7,524 nucleotides of DNA from Vitrella brassicaformis CCMP3155 (taxonomy: Eukaryota; Protista; Chromerida). The stretch spans positions 1 through 7,524 of the forward strand of contig CDMY01000975.1 of assembly GCA_001179505.1 (NCBI GenBank), in the 5' to 3' direction. The stretch's first letter is position 1. Every line of letters starts with the position of its first letter. The notes beneath the pieces were generated by a model. The model was not told the origin of the DNA. It saw only the letters and a program-made list of their open reading frames with translations, and did no database searches. A program made the position numbers and the translations under genes. This document shows, piece after piece, positions 1 to 7,524 of the stretch.

Positions 1-1
1 C

Positions 2-856
2 AAGCGACTTCAAGGATGGAAGGGTCGGCGGCCGAAAGAGAAGAAGGCTGATGCCGATCGACTCAAACCTCCTTGGTATAGTAGCCTTGACGAGGGGCGT
101 CTCATCGATGAGTTCGTTCGTCGTGGCTATGAAGATTTCAAGGAAGAATAAGTTGGTGTCATGCGTACAGGATTCATCCTGACCACTCTTTTTGCGGTCT
201 TGATGGGGTCTCTGTGGGCAGCCAGCTGGTCGAGCTTCGCGTACGTGTTGGACTCATGGCTTTGGTGGGTTCACCAATTGTTAGCTGTGGTGGCGTACTT
301 CGGTACGCGGCGCCAGGAGTGGATGAGCAAGTGTCTTTCTCCTCGAATAAAGGCAGGAGCTGAGGCGACATTCCGTGTCTCCTCCGCCTTGCTCTTCATC
401 CCGACGCTTCTCAGACCTTTATTGCACGTGTTGTGGACTCCAGTCTTCGCTGCGGCGTTGCTGAAGTTGATCTTCTTTTCGTTGATGGCCTTCATTGGCT
501 GGATGCGAGTGATGATCCTGAATGCAGCCTTAGTAAGAGCGATGCAAGGCGTGCCATCTGAAAGGCCTGCATGGCTTGTTGCGCTTACCGGAGGGAACTA
601 TCGATTCATGTTGCCCATCCGTGTAGTGGGAGGCAAACAGATGCGCTCCGTGTTGGTTCATTCGTTGGTCGACACGGGAGCTGACAACAGTTACATATCG
701 GCATCGCTGTATCGAGCGCTGCGTCGTGCTGGTGCAGTGGGACCGATGGTACCTGTGCGTAAGCGTTTGAGGGCCGAAGGAGGCCAGGACCTCCGTGTCG
801 AAGGGAGAGCTCGATTCCGATTGTGCCCTCCTCAAAAGCCTCGACCGGGGGAATCC
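2..856 (+). pseudogene. Polyprotein fragment copy A: basic linker, hydrophobic membrane-like region and N-terminal part of the aspartic protease; in-frame TAA at 149-151; truncated by gap
   Basis: Frame +2 reads KRLQGWKGRRP...FKEE*VGVMRTGFIL...LVDTGADNSYIS...PQKPRPGES. TAA at 149-151 aligns to TCA at 1837-1839 in copy B. DTG is at 671-679. Confidence 0.85.
605..856 (+). other. Retropepsin protease domain, copy A (partial, cut by gap)
   Basis: LVDTGADNSYIS with DTG at 671-679. Arg codon CGA is intact at 842-844. Confidence 0.9.
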
Positions 857-1156
857 NNNNNNNNNNNNNNNNNNNNNNNNNNNNNNNNNNNNNNNNNNNN
901 NNNNNNNNNNNNNNNNNNNNNNNNNNNNNNNNNNNNNNNNNNNNNNNNNNNNNNNNNNNNNNNNNNNNNNNNNNNNNNNNNNNNNNNNNNNNNNNNNNNN
1001 NNNNNNNNNNNNNNNNNNNNNNNNNNNNNNNNNNNNNNNNNNNNNNNNNNNNNNNNNNNNNNNNNNNNNNNNNNNNNNNNNNNNNNNNNNNNNNNNNNNN
1101 NNNNNNNNNNNNNNNNNNNNNNNNNNNNNNNNNNNNNNNNNNNNNNNNNNNNNNNN
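857..1156. other. Assembly gap (300 N)
   Basis: Run of exactly 300 N. Confidence 1.
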
Positions 1157-1536
1157 CTACTTCGTTGCCGACTTGGTCGTACACGTATCATCCGAGTGTC
1201 CAGACTCGTTGTCGTGTGCGCCATCGTAAGATCCCTGGGTCGATCCGTTGGCCGGGTTGTCAGCCACCCAGGTCGAAGCAGGATTCTGTCGAGTTTCATG
1301 ATCCGAGGGAGGATGAGACACAGCATTTGCCTCCGTCGTCGAAGACCAAGAGGCCACGTAAGTGGCATGGGCGTAAGAAGCAGGAGGAGAGAGTGACTTC
1401 TGTTGCCGGCGGGGAGTCTCCCTCTTCGTTTCCCTCCGTGCGTCCTGTACCAAAGAAACAGTCTTATCGGCAGACACCGCAAGAATCGTGGTGGTCTTCA
1501 TCGCTCACCATGCTTCTCGAGGTGTCGCCTTGGGAG

Positions 1537-2225
1537 CTCTTCACCCGAATTTGGTGGTTGGTTGTGTGCTTTGTCGTTGTCGGCATTGCACGCCACTCAT
1601 TGCATCTAGCGTTTCGGACGATTCCGTCCGCCAGATCTCGTCCTATCTTCCACCGAATGGATTGGAAGACAGCGCAACTTCGATTCCTCAAGCGACTTCA
1701 AGGATGGAAGGGTCGGCGGCCGAAAGAGAAGAAGGCTGATGCCGATCGACTCAAACCTCCTTCGTATAGTAGCCTTGACGAGGGGCGTCTCATCGATGAG
1801 TTCGTTCGTCGTGGCTATGAAGATTTCAAGGAAGAATCACTTGGTGTCATGCGTACAGGATTCATCCTGACCACTCTTTTTGCGGTCTTGATGGGGTCTC
1901 TGTGGGCAGCCAGCTGGTCGAGCTTCGCGTACGTGTTGGACTCATGGCTTTGGTGGGTTCACCAATTGTTAGCTGTGGTGGCGTACTTCGGTACGCGGCG
2001 CCAGGAGTGGATGAGCAAATGTCTTCCTCCTCGAATAAAGGCAGGAGCGGAGGCGACATTCCGTGTCTCCTCCGCCTTGCTCTTCATTCCGACGCTCCCA
2101 GACCGTTGTTGCACGTGTTGTGGACTCCAGTCTTCGCTGCGGCGTTGCTGGGGCTGATCTTCTTTTCGTTGATGGCCTTTATTGGCTGGATGCGAGTGAT
2201 GATCCTGAATGCAGCCTTAGTAAGA
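1537..2225 (+). other. Hydrophobic, probably multi-pass membrane region of the polyprotein (copy B; second partial copy at ~170-540)
   Basis: Hydrophobic runs LFTRIWWLVVCFVVVGIA (1537-1590), GFILTTLFAVLMGSLWAA (1858-1911), FAYVLDSWLWWVHQLLAVVAYFG (1924-1992), VSSALLFIPTLLRPLLHVLW and VFAAALL(K/G)LIFFSLMAFIGW (2130-2189). Judged by eye; no predictor was run. Confidence 0.7.
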
Positions 2226-2543
2226 GCGATGCAAGGCGTGCCATCTGATAGGCCTGCATGGCTTGTTGCGCTTACTGGAGGGAACTATCGATTCATGTTG
2301 CCTATCCGTGTCGCGGAAGGCAAACAGATGCGCTCCGTGTTGGTTCATTCGTTGGTCGACACAGGAGCTGACAACAGTTACATATCGGCATCGCTGTATC
2401 GAGCGCTGCGTCGTGCTGGTGCAGTGGGACCGATGGTACCTGTGCGTAAGCGTTTGAGGGCCGAAGGAGGCCAGGACCTCCGTGTCGAAGGGAGAGCTCG
2501 ATTCCGATTGTGCCCTCCTCAAAAGCCTTGACCGGGGGAATCC
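1689..2543 (+). repeat. Direct repeat unit 1b (matches 1-856)
   Basis: Starts caagcgacttcaagg at 1689 and ends ggggaatcc at 2543. Confidence 0.97.
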
Positions 2544-2663
2544 ACAATCCCATCTATCACCTTTGACCTTACGGTCGTGTCGAACATGACCACTGACATG
2601 ATCTTGGGTGGTGATTTCTTGTATTGTTACGGACAGTCGATGCATTTTCCAACGATGCAGCTG
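2292..2663 (+). other. Retropepsin (clan AA) aspartic protease domain, copy B, interrupted by TGA at 2529-2531
   Basis: Catalytic motif SLVDTGADNSYIS (DTG at 2358-2366), flap-like LRAEGGQDLRVEGRA, and C-terminal ILGGDFL (2601-2621) in the same frame after the stop. Confidence 0.92.
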
Positions 2664-3122
2664 GACTTGATTGACTGGCCGCCGTTGAAGATGTATTTCG
2701 CCAAGGAACGAGCGCCAGACACTCATGCTTCGGCTGCTCATTCCATTCTTCGTGGGTTGTCCAAGAGACAGAGTGGTTCTCGAGTCCATGTCTCCTCTGC
2801 TGCGAGTCCCGAGCAGGGCGAGACCGAAAGCCACGTTGCGTCTGTCGAAATGGACGACGGGAAGCCGGTTGCTGCACGGACGAGAGCGAAAGCCACGTCC
2901 TCGCCAGCCCGCGAACCCGACAAGCCAGATGATAAGAAGGTCGAGGATCCGGCAGCCGCACAGGGTGCGCAGGATCTCGACGAAGATGAGATCGATCGAG
3001 CCTTCCGTGAGCTCGATGAAGACGAGCAGAAGCGGAAAGCCAAAGCGTCATCTGATGGTCAGAAGAAGAGGCGTGAGAAGCCGAAACCCAAGCCTCGTGT
3101 GCGACTGAAGAGGACTGACCCT

Positions 3123-3404
3123 GTCTTTGCGACAGTGGCCAAGTCGACAATCCCAGCATGGAGCTTGATGGTTGTTGAGCTTCGCCTTGATGATTCAGAG
3201 CATGATGACGGGCAGGAGGGCATGTTGAGTCCTCTGCCTGGACTTCCACATCGTTTGGGTCTTCCTCACTGCTTGGTGAAGACTCACCGAGCCACTGATA
3301 AAGAGACGGGCAAGGAGTACACGTCAGTGTCTCTCCCTGTCGCCAACTTCTCTCGCGCGCCGTATACCTTGGTGAAGGGTCTGCGCGTGTCACGTTTCTC
3401 TCCT
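3123..3404 (+). other. Possible degenerate dUTPase-like beta domain in the PR-RT spacer
   Basis: The pattern TIPAWSLMVVELRL...EGMLSP...LPHCLV...LPVANFSRAPYTLVKGLRVSRF resembles the segment I recall between PR and RT in many gypsy elements (roughly IPPxSxxxV...V-N-S-xxx-L-KG). No catalytic dUTPase motifs are recognisable. Confidence 0.45.
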
Positions 3405-3550
3405 GGAAAGCTCCAGGTGGGTGAGAATGTAGCACCGATGATGGACGAAGTGACGTTTCGAGTGAGGGATGCTGCCTTATTGAGGGGCGCGGACCTCCCG
3501 TCGAACGCCACGATTCAAGTCGATCCATCGATCGCTCCTGATGAACAAGG

Positions 3551-3850
3551 NNNNNNNNNNNNNNNNNNNNNNNNNNNNNNNNNNNNNNNNNNNNNNNNNN
3601 NNNNNNNNNNNNNNNNNNNNNNNNNNNNNNNNNNNNNNNNNNNNNNNNNNNNNNNNNNNNNNNNNNNNNNNNNNNNNNNNNNNNNNNNNNNNNNNNNNNN
3701 NNNNNNNNNNNNNNNNNNNNNNNNNNNNNNNNNNNNNNNNNNNNNNNNNNNNNNNNNNNNNNNNNNNNNNNNNNNNNNNNNNNNNNNNNNNNNNNNNNNN
3801 NNNNNNNNNNNNNNNNNNNNNNNNNNNNNNNNNNNNNNNNNNNNNNNNNN
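3551..3850. other. Assembly gap (300 N)
   Basis: Run of exactly 300 N. Confidence 1.
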
Positions 3851-5337
3851 CCTGACCCTCCAACTGATGAGACATATACAGATGCCCGTGATTGTCCCCA
3901 CTTCTCAGAGAAGGGGGCAAAGCGATATCAAGAAGAGGATCTGTCTCACGTGGACAGAATTCAAATCCCCGTGTATCCTGACGATCCATACGGACAGACC
4001 AAGGCGCAGGCTGAGGTCATGCACAGTATCGTGTGTGAATACGCTGAGTGCTTCTCTAGCGATACTGACCCGTATGGGCGTGGCAACCTTGCGTATCATT
4101 ACATCGATGTGACAGGCCCTCCGCCTCGAGAGCCTGCTCGCGTTCGATGTGACCCAGAGAAGGCTGACTTCGAGAAGTGGCAAGTCAAGGAGTTCCTTGA
4201 CTTGGGTTTGGTGCGACCGTCCAGCTCTCCGTATTGCGCTCCAGTAGTGCTTGCGAAGAAGAAGGATGGGTCGTGGCGATTCTGTTTAAATTATCGTCCG
4301 CTGAACGAGATCACAGTGGCCGATAAGTATCCGTTGCCTCGCATTGATGACGCTCTCGATGCGTTGGCAGGCAACGTGCATTTCTGTTGTTTGGACCTGG
4401 CCAAGGGTTTCCATCAGATCCCTATGGCAGAGAAAGACATACCAAAGACAGCCTTTGCAGTGGCTGGCATGGGCCAGTTTGAGTATCTGTACCTGCCCAT
4501 GGGTTTGAAGAACTCGGTGGCTACTTGTCAGCGCTTCATGGAGGTGTGTCTCGCTGGTCTGCAATGGCAGACATGCCTGGTTTACCTTGATGACGTGTGT
4601 GTGATGGCACGCACGCATGATGAGTTGTGCACCCGTCTGCGTGAGGTCCTGGATCGTGTCAAGCTAGCTGGGATTAAGTTCCAGCCAAAGAAGTGCATTT
4701 TGGGCACGAGACGGATGGAATATCTTGGACACATGATCAGTGCGAAAGGTCTTGAGCCTGTCGCATCAAAGATTCAGGCAGTCAAGGACTGGAAACTGCC
4801 GAAGACACAGAAGGAGCTGCATACCTTCTATGGTCTTTGCTCGTATTACCGTCGCTTTGTGCCGAATTTTGCAACAATCGCTGCTCCCTTGAGCGCGGCA
4901 CTCAGCACTAAAGCGCCAAAGACATTCGAATGGACTCCTGAGATGAAGGAGGCGTTCTGGAAGCTCAAGAAGGCATTGTGTGATCCTCCGATCCTCGCTA
5001 TGCCTGACTTCAGTCGTACCTTCATCGTCAAGTGCGATGCAAGTGGCGTCGGCGTTGGAGCTGTCCTCGTGCAGGAAGACGACGACGGCCATGAGCATCC
5101 GATTGGATACATCTCAGAGAAGCTTGACTCAACACGTCAAGCTTGATGGCCTACACAGCAAGAGGCTTATGCGTTGTATTGGTCTTGCAAAACGTTCCGT
5201 CCGTACCTGGAGGGACGTCACTTCATCGTCAAGACGGATTATTCTGCACTTCAGTGGATCCGTTCATAACGAGACAGAAATCGGATGATCCAGAATTGGA
5301 GCTTGTTGCTGCAAGACATGGATTTCTCCGTGAGACA
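3851..5337 (+). repeat. Direct repeat unit 2a (matches 6038-7524)
   Basis: Constant offset of 2187 bp, about 22 substitutions and no indels over 1487 bp (~98.5% identity). Confidence 0.97.
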
Positions 5338-5734
5338 TAAGCAAGGGTCGATGCACCGTGATGCTGACGCGCTCTCGCGGAAGCCTCATGGTCGCTTCGC
5401 CAACATCAGTGCACTCATTGGTGCGTCCTTTTGGGATGCATACAGTGCAGTGGCTGGCCTTGATGAAGATGATCCTTTCCCAGATCCGGTTGATGAGTCA
5501 GCGGATGTAGCTGACCCGCTGGAAGGCAAGCCGACAATGTTGTGGCCGTCGGATGAGGAGGTCTCCCGCATGCAGCAGGAGGACCCCTTCATCGGGCAGA
5601 TTTATCGATTCTTAGTGCATGATGAAGAGCCGACTGATACAGCTGTGTCTCGCATGGTGCACTCGAAAACGAACGAGTTCCTCGTTGATAAAGGGAAGGT
5701 GTATACAGTCTTCCACGGGCCGACGCAGTCGTTG
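3851..5734 (+). pseudogene. pol: Pol fragment copy C: RT, RNase H and pre-integrase tether; two nonsense codons in RNase H
   Basis: Frame +2 is open from 3851. YLDD is at 4583-4594. TGA 5144-5146 (TGG in copy D), TAA 5267-5269 (CAA in copy D) and TDH->TDY at 5240-5242. DADALSR is at 5360-5380. MQQEDPFIGQIYRFL...EFLVDKGKVY is typical of the region just before the gypsy integrase Zn-binding domain. Confidence 0.93.
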
Positions 5735-6034
5735 NNNNNNNNNNNNNNNNNNNNNNNNNNNNNNNNNNNNNNNNNNNNNNNNNNNNNNNNNNNNNNNNNN
5801 NNNNNNNNNNNNNNNNNNNNNNNNNNNNNNNNNNNNNNNNNNNNNNNNNNNNNNNNNNNNNNNNNNNNNNNNNNNNNNNNNNNNNNNNNNNNNNNNNNNN
5901 NNNNNNNNNNNNNNNNNNNNNNNNNNNNNNNNNNNNNNNNNNNNNNNNNNNNNNNNNNNNNNNNNNNNNNNNNNNNNNNNNNNNNNNNNNNNNNNNNNNN
6001 NNNNNNNNNNNNNNNNNNNNNNNNNNNNNNNNNN
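5735..6034. other. Assembly gap (300 N)
   Basis: Run of exactly 300 N. Confidence 1.
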
Positions 6035-7524
6035 CCGCCTGACCCTCCAACTGATGAGACATATACAGATGCCCGTGATTGTCCCCACTTCTCAGAGAAG
6101 GGGGCAAAGCGATATCAAGAAGAGGATCTGTCTCACGTGGACAGAATTCAAATCCCCGTGTATCCTGACGATCCATACGGACAGACCAAGGCGCAGGCTG
6201 AGGTCATGCACAGTATCGTGTGTGAATACGCTGAGTGCTTCTCTAGCGATACTGACCCGTATGGGCGTGGCAACCTTGCGTATCATTACATCGATGTGAC
6301 AGGCCCTCCGCCTCGAGAGCCTGCTCGCGTTCGACGTGACCCAGAGAAGGCTGACTTCGAGAAGTGGCAAGTCAAAGAGTTCCTTGACTTGGTTTTGGTG
6401 CGACCGTCCAGCTCTCCGTATTGCGCTCCAGTAGTGCTTGCGAAGAAGAAGGATGGGTCGTGGCGATTCTGTTTAAATTATCGTCCGCTGAACGAGATCA
6501 CAGTGGCCGATAAGTATCCGTTGCCTCGCATTGATGACACTCTCGATGCGTTGGCAGGCAACGTGCATTTCTGTTGTTTGGACCTGGCCAAGGGTTTCCA
6601 TCAGATCCCTATGGCAGAGAAAGACATACCAAAGACAGCCTTTGCAGTGGCTGGCATGGGCCAATTCGAGTATCTGTACCTGCCCATGGGTTTGAAGAAC
6701 TCGGTGGCTACTTGTCAGCGCTTCATGGAAGTGTGTCTCGCTGGTCTGCAATGGCAGACATGCCTGGTTTACCTTGATGACGTGTGTGTGATGGCACGCA
6801 CACATGATGAGTTGTGCACCTGTCTGCGTGAAGTCCTGGATCGTGTCAAGCTAGCTGGGATTAAGTTCCAGCCAAAGAAGTGCATTCTGGGCACGAGACG
6901 GATGGAATATCTTGGACACATGATCAGTGCGAAAGGTCTTGAGCCTGTCGCATCAAAGATACAGGCAGTCAAGGACTGGAAACTGCCGAAGACACAGAAG
7001 GAGCTGCATACCTTCTATGGTCTTTGCTCGTATTACCGTCGCTTTGTGCCGAATTTTGCAACAATCGCTGCTCCCTTGAGCGCGGCACTCAGCACTGAAG
7101 CGCCAAAGACATTCGAATGGACTCCTGAGATGAAGGAGGCGTTCTGGAAGCTCAAGAAGGCATTGTGTGATCCTCCGATCCTCGCTATGCCTGACTTCAG
7201 TCGTACCTTCATCGTCAAGTGCGATGCAAGTGGCGTCGGCATTGGAGCTGTCCTCGTGCAGGAAGACGACGACGGCCATGAGCATTCGATTGGATACACC
7301 TCAGAGAAGCTTGACTCAACACGTCAAGCTTGGTGGCCTACACAGCAAGAGGCCTATGCGTTGTATTGGTCTTGCAAAACGTTCCGTCCGTACCTGGAGG
7401 GACGTCATTTCATCGTCAAGACGGATCATTCTGCGCTTCAGTGGATCCGTTCACAACGAGACAGAAATCGGATGATCCAGAATTGGAGCTTGTTGCTGCA
7501 AGACATGGATTTCTCCGTGAGACA
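6035..7524 (+). CDS. pol: Pol fragment copy D: RT and most of RNase H, open throughout, partial at both ends
   Basis: Manual translation of frame +2 from 6035 to the window end shows no stop. YLDD is at 6770-6781; CDASG, QQEAYAL and TDH are intact. It is absent from the supplied ORF track, probably because no stop falls inside the window. Confidence 0.92.
6038..7524 (+). repeat. Direct repeat unit 2b (matches 3851-5337)
   Basis: Starts cctgaccctccaact at 6038 and runs to the window end. Confidence 0.97.

Larger units (their letters stand above)
1..856 (+). repeat. Direct repeat unit 1a (matches 1689-2543)
   Basis: Manual alignment gives about 22 substitutions plus one 1-bp indel over 856 bp (~97% identity). 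Confidence 0.97.
1159..3550 (+). pseudogene. Polyprotein fragment copy B: basic/low-complexity region, hydrophobic region, protease, charged spacer and dUTPase-like segment; one frameshift and one nonsense codon
   Basis: Frame +1 is open from 1159 to ~2098. A 1-bp deletion relative to copy A (ctcaga -> ccaga at 2098/2099) shifts it to frame +3. TGA at 2529-2531 aligns to CGA at 842-844 in copy A. Frame +3 then stays open to the gap at 3550. Confidence 0.85.
1..7524 (+). mobile_element. Ty3/gypsy (Metaviridae) LTR retrotransposon internal region, several partial overlapping copies of one family
   Basis: Domain order PR-RT-RH-(pre-INT). RT shows gypsy-type motifs SSSPYCAPVVLAKKKDGSWRFC, DKYPLPRIDD, YLDD and YLGHMIS. 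RNase H shows CDASG, TDH and DADALSR. No LTR, PBS or PPT in the window. Confidence 0.95.

Noticed and set aside
1157-1229. HVSSECP in frame +3 resembles the HX4C end of a Gag zinc knuckle
   Set aside because: The two upstream Cys are absent in that frame (YFVADLVVH), the frame stops at 1229, and a full CCHC would need two invented frameshifts.
2098-2531. Programmed frameshift at 2098 or read-through at TGA 2529
   Set aside because: Copy A is continuous at both sites and no slippery heptamer is present, so these are copy-specific lesions.
1-2543. The 856-bp direct repeat as an LTR pair
   Set aside because: It is protein-coding (hydrophobic region plus protease), has no TG...CA ends, PBS or PPT, and is bounded by the window edge and a gap.
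2217-3528. Long antisense ORFs (2569-3528, 319 aa; 2217-2834, 205 aa)
   Set aside because: They overlap the sense polyprotein, are Ser/Arg-rich with no recognisable domain, and are typical shadow ORFs of GC-rich coding sequence.
3510-3550. IQVDPSIAPDEQ as a second copy of the pre-RT helix motif
   Set aside because: It is cut by the gap after a few residues, so the resemblance is too short to support.
5144-5269. Stop-codon reassignment: TGA aligns with Trp and TAA with Gln, as in some ciliate and dinoflagellate-parasite codes
   Set aside because: The other two stops align with Arg (CGA) and Ser (TCA). Each stop is one substitution from the sibling codon, and stops are very rare over more than 2000 codons. 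Ordinary nonsense mutation explains them.
161-6299. ORF-track entries spanning N runs (161-1396, 823-2157, 2577-4112, 5619-6299 and similar)
   Set aside because: They join unrelated frames across placeholder gaps, so their lengths and fusions are artefacts.
3851-7524. Bacterial RT system (retron, DGR, group II intron, CRISPR-associated RT)
   Set aside because: The RT carries gypsy-specific motifs, is fused to a gypsy RNase H, and lies downstream of a retropepsin. No CRISPR array, template/variable repeat pair or intron structure is evident.

Overview
The window holds internal fragments of one eukaryotic Ty3/gypsy-type (Metaviridae) LTR-retrotransposon family, all on the + strand, split into four contigs by three gaps of exactly 300 N. 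The domain order is retropepsin protease (LVDTGA...ILGGDFL), long spacer, RT (YLDD), RNase H, then a pre-integrase tether. The layout stutters: 1-856 repeats at 1689-2543 (~97% identical) and 3851-5337 repeats at 6038-7524 (~98.5% identical). All five frame-disrupting lesions are intact in the sibling copy, so a consensus polyprotein can be rebuilt. The most unusual feature is a Trp-rich hydrophobic region with about 4-5 candidate membrane segments, in frame directly upstream of the protease. Sibling differences there are mostly synonymous, which suggests it is real selected protein. A degenerate dUTPase-like segment and a bipartite NLS-like motif lie between protease and RT. No LTR, PBS, PPT, recognisable Gag or integrase core is visible. 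The host cannot be identified from this sequence. All counts are manual.
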